Below, piece after piece: positions 47,905 to 58,127 of a stretch of 64,000 nt of DNA. Within the stretch, counting starts at the first letter, position 1, and each line of letters starts with the position of its first letter. The DNA lies in the sequence record DRR378314_2799. The stretch is one strand, 5' to 3'. The position numbers were made by a program, and so were the translations under genes. The notes below the pieces were generated by a model, which ran no database searches, was not told the DNA's origin, and was given only the letters and a program-made list of their open reading frames with translations.

Positions 47905-49863
47905 ATGAGTACCTGCCTTTATTTATTTGGTGGTTTTCGGCTGGAGTTAATTCCTGGAAAAGCGATTGCGCCGCTTCGGGATAAAACACAGGCACTGATT
48001 GCGTATCTGGCCCTTTCCAAAAACGGTGTTGTAACCCGTCAGCAAGCCGCGACATTGCTGTGGGACAGTGGCAAAGACCCTTTTGCCAGTTTGCGCCAAT
48101 CTGTTAAGGAAATCCGTTCGCTGGAGGAATTGTATGGAACCTCTATCTTTCAGGCAGATACGCAATATCTTTCACTGGATCTCAACCGTCTTTGGGTGGA
48201 CGCCAGGATCGCCTCCCAGCTTTCTAAGGAATTTGAGAAGAATAAAGCGGATGAACTGGTTAAGTGTGATCTGGGCCTATTGCTGGAGGGGTGCACTGTT
48301 ACCGGTGACGCTTTTGAAGACTGGTTCCTGTCGGAGCGAGAACGGCGCCAGAATGAACTTTTGCAGACCCTGGATAGCTATCTGCAAAACCTGACCGCTA
48401 AAGCCGCCTCGTCACTGGAGCAACGGAAAATTGCGCATGCAATATTGCAGGTGGATCAAACGAATGAGCGGGCCTATCGGGTTTTGATGAAATCCTATTA
48501 CGAGGATGGTGATCGAGCCACCGCCCTTAAATACTACGAGACCTGTACAACTGTTCTCAGGCGGGAACTGGATGTTCTTCCCTCAGAAGAAACAGATATT
48601 CTGGCTGCAAGTATTCAGCAAAACCGGCAACCGACCGGAACGCTATCGGTTGTTGGGGAGGAGGGCCGAGAGCTAGTTCTGGAAGACCAGATAAAACCGG
48701 TTATACAGGTTCTGGATTTCACCACAGGTGTTAGTGATCAGGTTCTTGATTTCGTCGCGCAGACATTTAAGGCAGATATTTGTGAGCAACTCTCAAGAAA
48801 TGAACGATTTGCTGTCCGCGATCTTCCTGCAGTTTCGTCGAAACCGGAAGGCGCTGAAAAATTACCTGACTACACCGTGCGTGCCAATATTCTGAATGTC
48901 GGGGAACAACTCAATATTCTGTTGCAGCTTGTTGATGACAAGTATGGCGACATTCTTTGGATGAAGCGGATCGCCCCTGAGATGGCGAGCCTCCTTAAAG
49001 GGAAAAATGAACAGGCACTGCTGGCGGCAATCGAAATCTATAGAATGATAGAGCTGAAAGAGACTGATCGGGCGATGAAGACCGAGGAAAGTCATTTGAC
49101 GGCTCGACAATGTTTATTGCGTGCGGTTGCGATCATGTTTCGCTTTTCCAAAGACGCTGTAACAGAGGCGGAAAGATATCTTTTGCGGGCTTTGACGCAA
49201 TCTCCCGGGTATCCGGAAGCTTTGGCCTGGCTCGCTTTCTTGAAATCAATTGAGCTGGGGCAGGGCTATACGTCCAATCCACAAGCGACTACCGAAGAAA
49301 CGGGAGAGTTGGTCCGCCGGTCAATTGAGCTGAACCCTAGCAATGACATAGCATTGGCTATTGCCGGGCATCTGGAAGCCTTTGTGCATCATGATTTTGA
49401 AACAGCGCTTGAATATTTTGACCGCTCTCTGGCCGCCAATCCAAACTGTGCCTATACGTGGGGCTTTAGCGCCATCACTCATTGTTATATCGGCAAGCCT
49501 ACCGATGCGCTTGAGCTTTTGAGCCGGTGCCGACAAATTATGCCATTTGACGCTCATCCTTATTATTTTGATACCGCACGCTGCATTGCCAGTATGCTTT
49601 CTGGAAAATATGAGGATGCAGTGCGAATTGGCCGGCAGGTTCTTCGGAATAATCCGAATTTCTATGCCAACTACCGCCCGCTTATCTCCAGCCTTGGTCA
49701 TTTGGATCGGGTTGAGGAGGCCGCGCCGGTTTTGCAGGAATTCTCAAAACATCAGCCTGATTTCTCTATCGAATGGCACCTCAAAAACTATCCGCCACTG
49801 GAAGACGAAATAACAGAACAGTATATACACGGTTTGCGAAAAGCCGGTGTGTCAGAAGGCTGA
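47905..49863 (+). CDS. SARP/BTAD-type transcriptional regulator with TolB-like and TPR domains
   Basis: LFGGF, ALIAYLAL, LLW...SLRQ, FEDW...ER, E.AYR.LM..Y...G.R..AL..YE, C-terminal TPRs, GLRKAG end. Confidence 0.85.
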   Translation: MSTCLYLFGGFRLELIPGKAIAPLRDKTQALIAYLALSKNGVVTRQQAATLLWDSGKDPFASLRQSVKEIRSLEELYGTSIFQADTQYLSLDLNRLWVDARIASQLSKEFEKNKADELVKCDLGLLLEGCTVTGDAFEDWFLSERERRQNELLQTLDSYLQNLTAKAASSLEQRKIAHAILQVDQTNERAYRVLMKSYYEDGDRATALKYYETCTTVLRRELDVLPSEETDILAASIQQNRQPTGTLSVVGEEGRELVLEDQIKPVIQVLDFTTGVSDQVLDFVAQTFKADICEQLSRNERFAVRDLPAVSSKPEGAEKLPDYTVRANILNVGEQLNILLQLVDDKYGDILWMKRIAPEMASLLKGKNEQALLAAIEIYRMIELKETDRAMKTEESHLTARQCLLRAVAIMFRFSKDAVTEAERYLLRALTQSPGYPEALAWLAFLKSIELGQGYTSNPQATTEETGELVRRSIELNPSNDIALAIAGHLEAFVHHDFETALEYFDRSLAANPNCAYTWGFSAITHCYIGKPTDALELLSRCRQIMPFDAHPYYFDTARCIASMLSGKYEDAVRIGRQVLRNNPNFYANYRPLISSLGHLDRVEEAAPVLQEFSKHQPDFSIEWHLKNYPPLEDEITEQYIHGLRKAGVSEG

Positions 49864-50015
49864 GTTTTTCGCCATTTTTCCAAAAATTATCATTAGAAAT
49901 ACTTGATTCACGTCTCAATTCGTCCTCATCAGATAAAGTCGTTTTCGGATCATATATCGGTTGGGGTAACCGGGTGTCTGATTTTTTGAGTGTAAGTTGG
50001 AATAGTGAAGACAGC

Positions 50016-50573
50016 ATGTCACATCGTCAGTTAGGGGTTTCAGACAACGGTGAAATTCACAATAGTATGCTGCAAAAATGTGGTTGCCGTTTGCGTGTTT
50101 GTCATCACTTTGGGTTAAGTTTCCAACCTGCACATCAAAACGAAAATAAATTCTATGACTTGGCTTGCCGGGTCCTGTTCACGGAAAAGCCAATAATTTT
50201 GCTGTTGGATAGTCAGCGGCGGTTGGTTTCTCATTCAGGATTTGAACAGGGGGCCTTAGAGAAAAATGGCATTTTCTGTTGGGGGCGAGAAAGACGGGTT
50301 GGTTTTCGAGATGCTGTGAGTCAGAAGTATCTTATTCGACTTATGATGCAGGCAGATCATTTGCAGAGTGGTGCCTCTGGACAAGCAAAATCTTGTTTTA
50401 TTCCAACTTCAACTGGCTGGCCGGTTGTTGTTCTGGAAGGGGATGATCAAAAACCAGCGCTCGATAAGTTGAAATTTGAAGGCTTTGAAGCGGATATGGT
50501 AACGCTTTTGCTGCGAGGTAATGGCGGCTTTAATAGAACACAATCGTTGAAAATGCGCCAAGCAATTGGGTGA
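50016..50573 (+). CDS. Hypothetical protein, possibly a PAS-like region without HTH
   Basis: Open frame with IILLLDSQRRLV segment; start uncertain. Confidence 0.45.
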   Translation: MSHRQLGVSDNGEIHNSMLQKCGCRLRVCHHFGLSFQPAHQNENKFYDLACRVLFTEKPIILLLDSQRRLVSHSGFEQGALEKNGIFCWGRERRVGFRDAVSQKYLIRLMMQADHLQSGASGQAKSCFIPTSTGWPVVVLEGDDQKPALDKLKFEGFEADMVTLLLRGNGGFNRTQSLKMRQAIG

Positions 50574-50760
50574 AGGAAACGATTGGTAGGGGAAAGGTCG
50601 ATATTCTACAGTCATTTGCGAACTGTGAATAGACAGTAGAATTTCGATGGAGATGGAAACTGTGTGTGTTCAAAATTGGGGGGTGTCAGCGTCGGACCTG
50701 ATGGCCTTTGGATCGCATATTTTCATGATGTAGGATAATCATAGCTGGTACTCTACATCT

Positions 50761-50790
50761 AAAGGCCTGCTTCGGCAGGCCTTTTCTTTT
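50761..50790 (+). terminator. Rho-independent terminator
   Basis: AAAGGCCTGC-TTCG-GCAGGCCTTTTCTTTT. Confidence 0.85.
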
Positions 50791-50862
50791 GGCAGATCTC
50801 ACGTTTTTTCATCGACATTTTTTTATCTCCACGGATAGTATGAGCCAAAAGGGGAGTTGTAT

Positions 50863-52476
50863 ATGTCATCGCGGGAACAAGCGGGTTCATATGATTATAT
50901 TATTGTCGGTGCCGGATCCGCAGGATGTGTTCTTGCAAACCGATTGAGTGAAGATCCCGCGACCAAAGTATTGCTCTTGGAGGCTGGGGGGCGTGACACA
51001 TATCCCTGGATCCATATTCCCATTGGTTATCTTTATTGCATGGGTAACCCTAAAACAGACTGGATGATGAAGACAGAACCCGATGCCGGCCTGAATGGCC
51101 GGGTTCTGAATTATCCACGCGGAAAAGTTTTAGGAGGCTGTTCCTCCATCAATGGGATGATCTATATGCGCGGACAAGCGCGCGATTACGATCACTGGCG
51201 GCAACTTGGAAATGCAGGGTGGAGCTGGGACGACGTAAAACCTTACTTCCTTAAATCAGAACATTATCATAGGGGAACGTCTGAAAGTCACTCAACAGGT
51301 GGGGAGTGGCGCGTCGAAAAGCAGCGACTTTCCTGGGAAATCCTTGATCGGTTTATTGATGCAGCGAAAGAGATCGGCATTGAGCCCACTGAGGATTTCA
51401 ATCAGGGGACAAACGAAGGGGTCGGATATTTTGAGGTCAATCAGAAATCCGGCGTTCGGTGGAGCACGGCAAAAGCCTTCTTAAAGCCAATTGAAAAGCG
51501 GGCCAATTTGACTGTGATGACTGGCGCCTTAACCGAGCGCCTGATGATGGAGGGAAAGGCCGTTGCCGGGGTTGAGTTTATCATGAACGGGAAACCGTTG
51601 GTTGCCCAAGCTGGTAAAGAAGTCGTCCTCGCGGCAGGTGCCGTTAATTCGCCTAAAATACTGGAGCTTTCCGGAATTGGGCAGCCGGAATTGTTAAAAT
51701 CATTTGGCATTGATCCCGTGCATGAATTGAATGGTGTGGGCGAAAACCTGCAGGACCATTTGCAAATTCGCACAATCTATAAACTGAAAAATGCCAAGAC
51801 TTTGAACGAGCAGGCCAACAGTCTTTTTGGAAAAGCCAAGATTGGGTTGCAGTATCTACTTTCCCAATCTGGCCCCCTATCGATGGCGCCAAGCCAGTTG
51901 GGTATATTTGCTAAAAGTGACCCCTCTTTGGAAACACCAGATCTGGAATATCATGTGCAGCCCCTCAGTACGGATAAATTGGGGGATCCACTACATCCTT
52001 TTCCAGCGGTTACCGTTTCCGTATGCAATCTCCGCCCTGAAAGTCGGGGGCATTGTCATCTTCAGCGGCAAGATCCGGAATACCAGCCCAAATTGACGAT
52101 GAACTATCTCTCTGCAGAAAATGACAAACGGCTCGCAGTCCAGAGTATCTCTCATACACGCCGATTGATGCAAACCAGTGCGGTGGCGAAGTTTGAGCCA
52201 GAAGAGTTTTTACCGGGGCCAGGGGTGCAATCCGATAGCGAGATTGTCCAATCAGTTGGGGATATTGCCACGACTATATTTCATCCGGTGGGTACCTGTA
52301 AAATGGGGGATGATCCGCTGTCTGTTGTGGATAGCCGTTTGAAGGTCCACGGATTGTCTGGGGTGCGGGTCGTGGATGCGTCGATTATGCCGACCATTAC
52401 ATCGGGCAACACAAATTCACCCGTTATCATGATTGCTGAAAAAGCTGCAGATCTCATTTTAGAAGACAATCGCTGA
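50863..52476 (+). CDS. GMC family oxidoreductase (choline-dehydrogenase-like)
   Basis: GAGSAGCVLANRLS, PRGKVLGG.SSINGM.Y.RG, GENLQDH, HPVGTCKMG, SGNTN. Confidence 0.93.
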   Translation: MSSREQAGSYDYIIVGAGSAGCVLANRLSEDPATKVLLLEAGGRDTYPWIHIPIGYLYCMGNPKTDWMMKTEPDAGLNGRVLNYPRGKVLGGCSSINGMIYMRGQARDYDHWRQLGNAGWSWDDVKPYFLKSEHYHRGTSESHSTGGEWRVEKQRLSWEILDRFIDAAKEIGIEPTEDFNQGTNEGVGYFEVNQKSGVRWSTAKAFLKPIEKRANLTVMTGALTERLMMEGKAVAGVEFIMNGKPLVAQAGKEVVLAAGAVNSPKILELSGIGQPELLKSFGIDPVHELNGVGENLQDHLQIRTIYKLKNAKTLNEQANSLFGKAKIGLQYLLSQSGPLSMAPSQLGIFAKSDPSLETPDLEYHVQPLSTDKLGDPLHPFPAVTVSVCNLRPESRGHCHLQRQDPEYQPKLTMNYLSAENDKRLAVQSISHTRRLMQTSAVAKFEPEEFLPGPGVQSDSEIVQSVGDIATTIFHPVGTCKMGDDPLSVVDSRLKVHGLSGVRVVDASIMPTITSGNTNSPVIMIAEKAADLILEDNR

Positions 52477-52564
52477 TGTATAAGGTAAAATTAATAAATT
52501 CAATTTATTAGTTATCTGAAGATAATAAATTTTACACCCAGTTTTGTAACTAAACAGAGTTGTT

Positions 52565-52936
52565 GTGACAGATCCCAAAGAGTTACCATTAGGTGATATC
52601 GAGTATTTCAGGGACTTGGCCAGAAAATCAGGCGAAGCCATTACCAAAGAACTGATTGCAAGTGCGCCTGATGCGGTACTTAAAGAAATTTCCCATATAC
52701 AGGGAGCTCTGAGCGCCAATGATTCAGAGGCCATGAAAGCTGCTGCCCACGCGCTGAAAGGGGCCAGCTATTCCATGCAAGCCAAGCGGTTAGCCCATTT
52801 TTCTCGCGAATTGGAAATTAGTGCGAATAATCTGGCGGCCATGCAGGTTAAAACGGAAGATCTCATCGAAGTTGCTGAACTGACCATTGCATGGTGGTTG
52901 GATATTCTTGAGCATAAATCCTACCTTTCAGATTAA
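52565..52936 (+). CDS. Stand-alone Hpt phosphotransfer protein
   Basis: AAHALKGAS...A.RL.....ELE. Confidence 0.85.
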   Translation: MTDPKELPLGDIEYFRDLARKSGEAITKELIASAPDAVLKEISHIQGALSANDSEAMKAAAHALKGASYSMQAKRLAHFSRELEISANNLAAMQVKTEDLIEVAELTIAWWLDILEHKSYLSD

Positions 52937-52973
52937 CTGTCAGAACCCTGATACTCACATTATCGCTTGATAT

Positions 52974-52989
52974 AGTTACAAATGTAACT
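52974..52989. promoter_or_regulatory. Palindromic operator upstream of the VOC gene
   Basis: AGTTACA-AA-TGTAACT. Confidence 0.55.
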
Positions 52990-53026
52990 TAATTTAAAGT
53001 AAGAGCTTAATTGAGGGTGTACTGAT

Positions 53027-53572
53027 ATGGAAATCCAAAAAATTCATCATGTAGCTTATCGCTGCAAGAGTGCCAAAGAAACCGTTGATTGGTATGTAAA
53101 ATACCTGGATATGGATTTTATCCTCGCGATCGCGGAAAATGAGGTTCCCTCGACAAAAGCACCAGATCCCTACATGCATGTATTTTTGGATGCAGGTAAT
53201 GGAAACGTGCTCGCTTTTTTCGAATTGCCAAACTCCCCCGAAATGGGGCGGGATCAAAATACCCCTGAATGGGTTCAACATTTGGCGATGCAGGTTGGAT
53301 CAATGGAGGAATTGATGCAGGCTAAAGAGCGATTGGAAGCTGATGGGATAGAGGTTGTAGGACCAACCAATCATACCTTGTTCCAATCCATTTATTTCTT
53401 TGATCCGAACGGACATCGCCTTGAGCTTGCGGCCAATTCCAACACGTCGGAAATGAACAAGCGCTTGGATGACGTGAAATGGGAAATGCTGGAAGAGTGG
53501 GACCGCACGAAAAAGGCGCCTGATCATGCGAGATGGATGCATGATGGGTCGGTTGAGCCGGATCTGCGTTAG
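53027..53572 (+). CDS. VOC/glyoxalase family protein
   Basis: HHVAYRC, PDPYMHVF, QHLA, SIYFFDPNGHRLEL. Confidence 0.92.
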   Translation: MEIQKIHHVAYRCKSAKETVDWYVKYLDMDFILAIAENEVPSTKAPDPYMHVFLDAGNGNVLAFFELPNSPEMGRDQNTPEWVQHLAMQVGSMEELMQAKERLEADGIEVVGPTNHTLFQSIYFFDPNGHRLELAANSNTSEMNKRLDDVKWEMLEEWDRTKKAPDHARWMHDGSVEPDLR

Positions 53573-54699
53573 GACTGTTCAAACGTTGAGTTTACGAGTG
53601 TAACGTTTAAATTCTGATCCAGTCGAATTAAATCTGCCGCCATACCGGGTTTCAGGGACCCGACATGTTTGAGGCCCATAAAGGCTGCCGGCGTGGCCGC
53701 GCTCATCTTCAGAACATCGGTAAGCGGCAGGTTGAGAGTTTGCACGCAGTAGCGTACAGCATCGGCAATTGAGATGGCGCTGCCGGCAAGGACCCCATCA
53801 TCCGTCACACATTTCCCGTTTTGCACCGATATCCGCTCCCTATACAGATGAAAATGATCTTTTAGAGAGCCGACGCAGGGCATTGCATCGCTGATCAGCA
53901 TTGCCCTTTCGGAACCCAGGATCTGAAGCGCAGGGGCGAGGGCGGCCGGGTGAATATGATGGCTGTCCGCAATAACGCTACTATAGGTGCCTGCTAACTG
54001 AAAGGCCGCTCCCACCACACCCGGCGCGCGCGACAGAAAAGGGGGCATTGCATTAAACAGGTGGGTGAAACCATTTAGTCCGTTATCTGCAGCTTGGCAG
54101 ATCTCTTCATATGACGCATTGGTATGACCTGCTGAAACGCGCACGTTTCTGTGGCACAGTCCGGCGATGAATTCTGACGATACTGTTTCGGGCGCCAGGG
54201 TCACAAGAACAGAACCGAGGTGAAAGCGATCTAGAATTTCCAGAAATTCGGTTTCCACCGCGTTCATATATTGGGGTTGGTGGACGCCCTTTCGCTCCGG
54301 GTTCAGAAAGGGTCCTTCAAAATGGACGCCGCAAATGCCGCTCCTATTCGTTTCAAGAGATTCTGCTACTGCTTTTGCCATACGCGCAATTATGTCCATT
54401 TTGTCCGTAATCAGGGTTGGAAAAATGGTTGTCGTACCCAATTCTCGAAACGTCTGTGAAACTGTCTGAATAGCGCTTTGGGTTGGGGCATCATTGAAAA
54501 GCAGATCGGCCCCGCCATTGACCTGGATGTCGACAAATCCAGGCGCTAAAACGCCCTCTCCAAGGTCAATCAAGTCACCTGTGCCCTTAAGATTTTTTAG
54601 CGGCCCAACCGATTTTATGCGCCCGCTCTCAACCTCAATATAGGCATTTGAGGCAAGCGCTCCGTCCAGAAAGATATGTTGGCAGGTATATATGGGCAT
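53569..54699 (-). CDS. nagA: N-acetylglucosamine-6-phosphate deacetylase
   Basis: PGFVDIQVNG, PTLIT, HFEGPF, GHTNA, THLFNAM, LAGS. Confidence 0.93.
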   Translation of the reverse strand: MPIYTCQHIFLDGALASNAYIEVESGRIKSVGPLKNLKGTGDLIDLGEGVLAPGFVDIQVNGGADLLFNDAPTQSAIQTVSQTFRELGTTTIFPTLITDKMDIIARMAKAVAESLETNRSGICGVHFEGPFLNPERKGVHQPQYMNAVETEFLEILDRFHLGSVLVTLAPETVSSEFIAGLCHRNVRVSAGHTNASYEEICQAADNGLNGFTHLFNAMPPFLSRAPGVVGAAFQLAGTYSSVIADSHHIHPAALAPALQILGSERAMLISDAMPCVGSLKDHFHLYRERISVQNGKCVTDDGVLAGSAISIADAVRYCVQTLNLPLTDVLKMSAATPAAFMGLKHVGSLKPGMAADLIRLDQNLNVTLVNSTFEQS

Positions 54700-54728
54700 A
54701 TTTAAATGTTTCTGTTCACGGTATTGAT

Positions 54729-56303
54729 CTACCAGACGCCGAAATAAATGCCACGCTCCTGGGCGTTATCAGTTTTCTGCTCAATCTGTTCGAAGTCGAC
54801 AGTGATACGTGTTTTGCGTTTCCGGATCCAGTGAAGCAGTTTTAACTCTAACGCCTCAACAGTGGATTGAAAATCCTCAACATCGCCAAGGTCATTTAAC
54901 TCTCTCGGATCGGAGTTCAGATCGAACAGCTGGGGCCGAAACCCATCAAAAGAGATATATTTCCAGCGATCGGTGCGGATCATATATCCCCGGGTTTCAT
55001 CTGGTTTCAAGTTTAAGGAAAGCCGGGCGCCACGCCAGGCGTAATCAACCTCGCTAACGGCAAACTCCCGCCATTGTGTTGGTTGCTGTCCATGTAACAA
55101 GGGAAGCAGTGACCGTCCCTCCAGGAGATGTGGTTTAGGGGCGCCGCCCAAACTGTCAATGAATGTGGGTACCAGATCGATTGCCTCAACCAGCTCCTCG
55201 GAGACACTGCCCCGCGTTTTATCGGCATCTGAACTTGGATCAACGATGATCAGAGGGACCTTGACACTTTCTTCGTGGAACAGTTCTTTTTCACCGAGCC
55301 AGTGATCGCCAAGATAGTCGCCATGATCGCTGGTGAAAACAATCATGGTTTCCTGAAATTTATCCAAATCTGTCAGACATTGAACCAGTCGGCCGATATG
55401 GTCGTCGATCTCTGTTATGAGGCCCATATAGGTCGGAATAACATGGCTGCGCTTGTCTTCATCCGAGAAATTTATGCTCTCTTCATGCTGCATAAAAGCG
55501 CCGACAACCGGATGGGGCGTTTGCTTTTCTGTCTCGTTCCGGTTGGCCGGCTGAATGTCTTCAGAGCTGTACATTCGATGGTAAGGGGCAGGGGCGATAT
55601 AGGGCCAATGTGGCTTAATATAACTGAGATGCAGGCACCAGGAGGTATCCGCAAGCTTTGTGATCTGATCGATCGCCTGATCCGTCATATAGGCGGTTTC
55701 CGAATGCTCTTTTTGCACAACTGCAGGTAAGTGAGCGTTGCGCAAAAACCAGCCACTTTGAAGATCACCATTTTCATCAATGCCGGAATTAGCTGCAGTA
55801 TGCCACGGGTTCTCGCCCTCATAACCGTTTTCATTCAGATATTTATTATAGGCGAGGTCTGATGTTTTACCGCCCTCAGGGTGAAGCCCGTCGTCTCGCT
55901 CCCACGGCTCAAACCCACATTCCCGGGCCAGGACCCCTGAAATTGATCCGGGATCAATTTTGAGGCGATCTATGTTTGCCATATCCGCTGTCATGTGGGT
56001 TTTGCCAATCAGACCAGTGCTAACCCCCAGTTCACGCAGATGATCTCCCAGCGTTGGTTGTCCGATATTTAAAGGAACACCGTTATAGGTTGCGCCGTGG
56101 CTAAAGACATAACGCCCCGTGTAAAACGACATTCGCGAGGATCCACAGACCGGAGCCTGGACATAAGCGTTGCGAAAATTCACGCCCTGTTCAGCGAGCC
56201 TGTCGATATTGGGTGTTTTGAGGGTTGGATGCCCGTTGCAGCCTAGATAATCAAATCGAAGTTGATCACACATAATGAACAGAATGTTTTTGATCTGTGC
56301 CAT
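54729..56303 (-). CDS. Sulfatase superfamily hydrolase (phosphonate monoester hydrolase-like)
   Basis: DQLR.D, CGSSRMSFYTGRY, GKTH, KPHWP, SDHGD.LGDH...EK. Confidence 0.88.
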   Translation of the reverse strand: MAQIKNILFIMCDQLRFDYLGCNGHPTLKTPNIDRLAEQGVNFRNAYVQAPVCGSSRMSFYTGRYVFSHGATYNGVPLNIGQPTLGDHLRELGVSTGLIGKTHMTADMANIDRLKIDPGSISGVLARECGFEPWERDDGLHPEGGKTSDLAYNKYLNENGYEGENPWHTAANSGIDENGDLQSGWFLRNAHLPAVVQKEHSETAYMTDQAIDQITKLADTSWCLHLSYIKPHWPYIAPAPYHRMYSSEDIQPANRNETEKQTPHPVVGAFMQHEESINFSDEDKRSHVIPTYMGLITEIDDHIGRLVQCLTDLDKFQETMIVFTSDHGDYLGDHWLGEKELFHEESVKVPLIIVDPSSDADKTRGSVSEELVEAIDLVPTFIDSLGGAPKPHLLEGRSLLPLLHGQQPTQWREFAVSEVDYAWRGARLSLNLKPDETRGYMIRTDRWKYISFDGFRPQLFDLNSDPRELNDLGDVEDFQSTVEALELKLLHWIRKRKTRITVDFEQIEQKTDNAQERGIYFGVW

Positions 56304-56313
56304 GATTTTCAGC

Positions 56314-57132
56314 TTATTCGTTTTTGGTTTTCAGGAATTTGAGGAGCGTTGGCCAGGCTTTGGGATCTTCCTTCAGAAATAGATGCCCGCCCCGGAATAT
56401 TTTGAGTTGTCCGTTCGGCATCGCCTCGGCAATGGCCTCAGAATTGGCGACAGGCGCAACCCCATCGTCTTGACCGCAGGCAATCAGCGCGTTCAGATCC
56501 AGTTTGTGAAGGCGATCATACACATCATGAGCGGCACGGGCGGCGAACTGTTTTCTCATTGCTTCCAGTTTTTCAGGTGTGCTGTGACTACCTTGTGCCC
56601 CTTTCAAATAAAACTCATAGGTCTGTTTTGCCTTGCCGGGATTTTGCCGTTGCCATTCATCAGTGTGTTGAAGGTTCATCTTTTTTAAGATGAAAGCTGC
56701 GTATTCCTCTGGACTTAGATCAACCAATTCAAGCAACGGGAAGGAGGCGCCGCCCTGACCACCGCTACTGGTGCAACAAAGGACAAGCTTATCGACTATG
56801 TCTGGGTGCGAAAGGGCGAAATGCTGGGCGACCATGCCGCCAAAACTGACCCCGATAACATTGGTTTTGCTCCACCCTAAATGGGTCAGGAGTTTCGCTA
56901 GATCTTCTGCATAGGATTGCATTGTCGGATCATCAGCGGGACTGGTAGATTGCCCCATCCCGCGATGATCAAAGTTCAGAACCTCAAAATTTTCAATGCC
57001 CGGCACATCATAAATTGTGGGGCTATGACGGGTGTCTGAATTTGTACCGCTGACAAGGACAATTCGGGGGCCATTTCCCTTAATTTTATAAAAGATCTGA
57101 TGCGTTTGAAGATTGAGAAAACCTGTTGTCAT
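56314..57132 (-). CDS. Alpha/beta hydrolase
   Basis: DHRGMG.S, GVSFGG nucleophile elbow, G.DD, GGH. Confidence 0.9.
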   Translation of the reverse strand: MTTGFLNLQTHQIFYKIKGNGPRIVLVSGTNSDTRHSPTIYDVPGIENFEVLNFDHRGMGQSTSPADDPTMQSYAEDLAKLLTHLGWSKTNVIGVSFGGMVAQHFALSHPDIVDKLVLCCTSSGGQGGASFPLLELVDLSPEEYAAFILKKMNLQHTDEWQRQNPGKAKQTYEFYLKGAQGSHSTPEKLEAMRKQFAARAAHDVYDRLHKLDLNALIACGQDDGVAPVANSEAIAEAMPNGQLKIFRGGHLFLKEDPKAWPTLLKFLKTKNE

Positions 57133-57388
57133 GGTGGGGCTTTGAATACTTGTTTTTGAAAGAGCCCACAGTCTGCTGAGAAATGAATTCAACAACAAGG
57201 AAAAACGTGATTAGTCTGTTTTGATTTGTAATTTTTCTTTGAGCGCAACGATGGAAAGGTCGCAAATTTCCAGCATTTTTATCGTTCCATCCAGAACTTC
57301 CTGCTTTGCATCACTTTTGCAATATTGATCGATTTCTTTCGCCAGAGCAGGAAGGCCCGATCAAATCGAAAACTGTGGTTTAACCAAA

Positions 57389-58039
57389 CTAAAACGGCAG
57401 TTTTGCTGAAAACTCAACGGTTTTCTTGGTCGCAGGGTGGGCGAATTCAAGATAGCTTGCGTGAAGTTGCAGGCGTGGGGCCAGTTTGAGGATTTCAGGT
57501 GGCGCATAGAGGGGATCGCCGAGAATTGGGTGACCCATCGCCTGCATATGAACCCTGAGCTGGTGAGTGCGGCCTGTCTCAGGTATTAATTTTACAAAGC
57601 TATTTTGCTGTCTTTCTTCTAAAACCTGCCATTGGGTTATGGCTGTTTTGCCCAGTTGTTCATCAACTTTCTGTCGCGGCCGGTTTGGCCAATCAGCAAT
57701 CAGTTTCTTTTCAATCCGACCAGAAGGGCGATCGGGGCAGCCTGCAATCACGGCATGGTAGGTTTTGGAAACTTGTCGTTCCTGGAAGCTACGGCCTAGT
57801 CGGCTTTGCGCTGTTTTGCTAAGGGCAAAGAGCACTAATCCCGAAGTTTCCATATCCAAACGATGCACGATTTCAAGATCGGGATATTGCGACTGAAGCC
57901 GGGAGAAAAGGCAATCGGCTTTTTCCGGGCCACGTCCAGGGACTGTTAGTAATCCGGATGGTTTGTCCGAAACCAGGATATGGTCATCGCAGTAAAGAAC
58001 CGGGGCATATGGCTCTGTCGGGGGCGTGTATAGGGTCAT
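57389..58039 (-). CDS. rluA: RluA-family pseudouridine synthase
   Basis: KPSGLL.VPG, HRLDMETSG, TGRTHQLRVH, GHPILGD.LY. Confidence 0.88.
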   Translation of the reverse strand: MTLYTPPTEPYAPVLYCDDHILVSDKPSGLLTVPGRGPEKADCLFSRLQSQYPDLEIVHRLDMETSGLVLFALSKTAQSRLGRSFQERQVSKTYHAVIAGCPDRPSGRIEKKLIADWPNRPRQKVDEQLGKTAITQWQVLEERQQNSFVKLIPETGRTHQLRVHMQAMGHPILGDPLYAPPEILKLAPRLQLHASYLEFAHPATKKTVEFSAKLPF

Positions 58040-58127
58040 AAAAGGGCCGAAATTTGTTTCGGCTTTTATATACTACATTGCTGAGTGATAAAGAGAAAAG
58101 AGGCTGGATTGACCAGCCCCTGATGTC

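Noticed and set aside
50863-52476. Calling the GMC oxidoreductase betA
   Set aside because: Only generic GMC motifs; no betB/betI adjacent; substrate cannot be assigned
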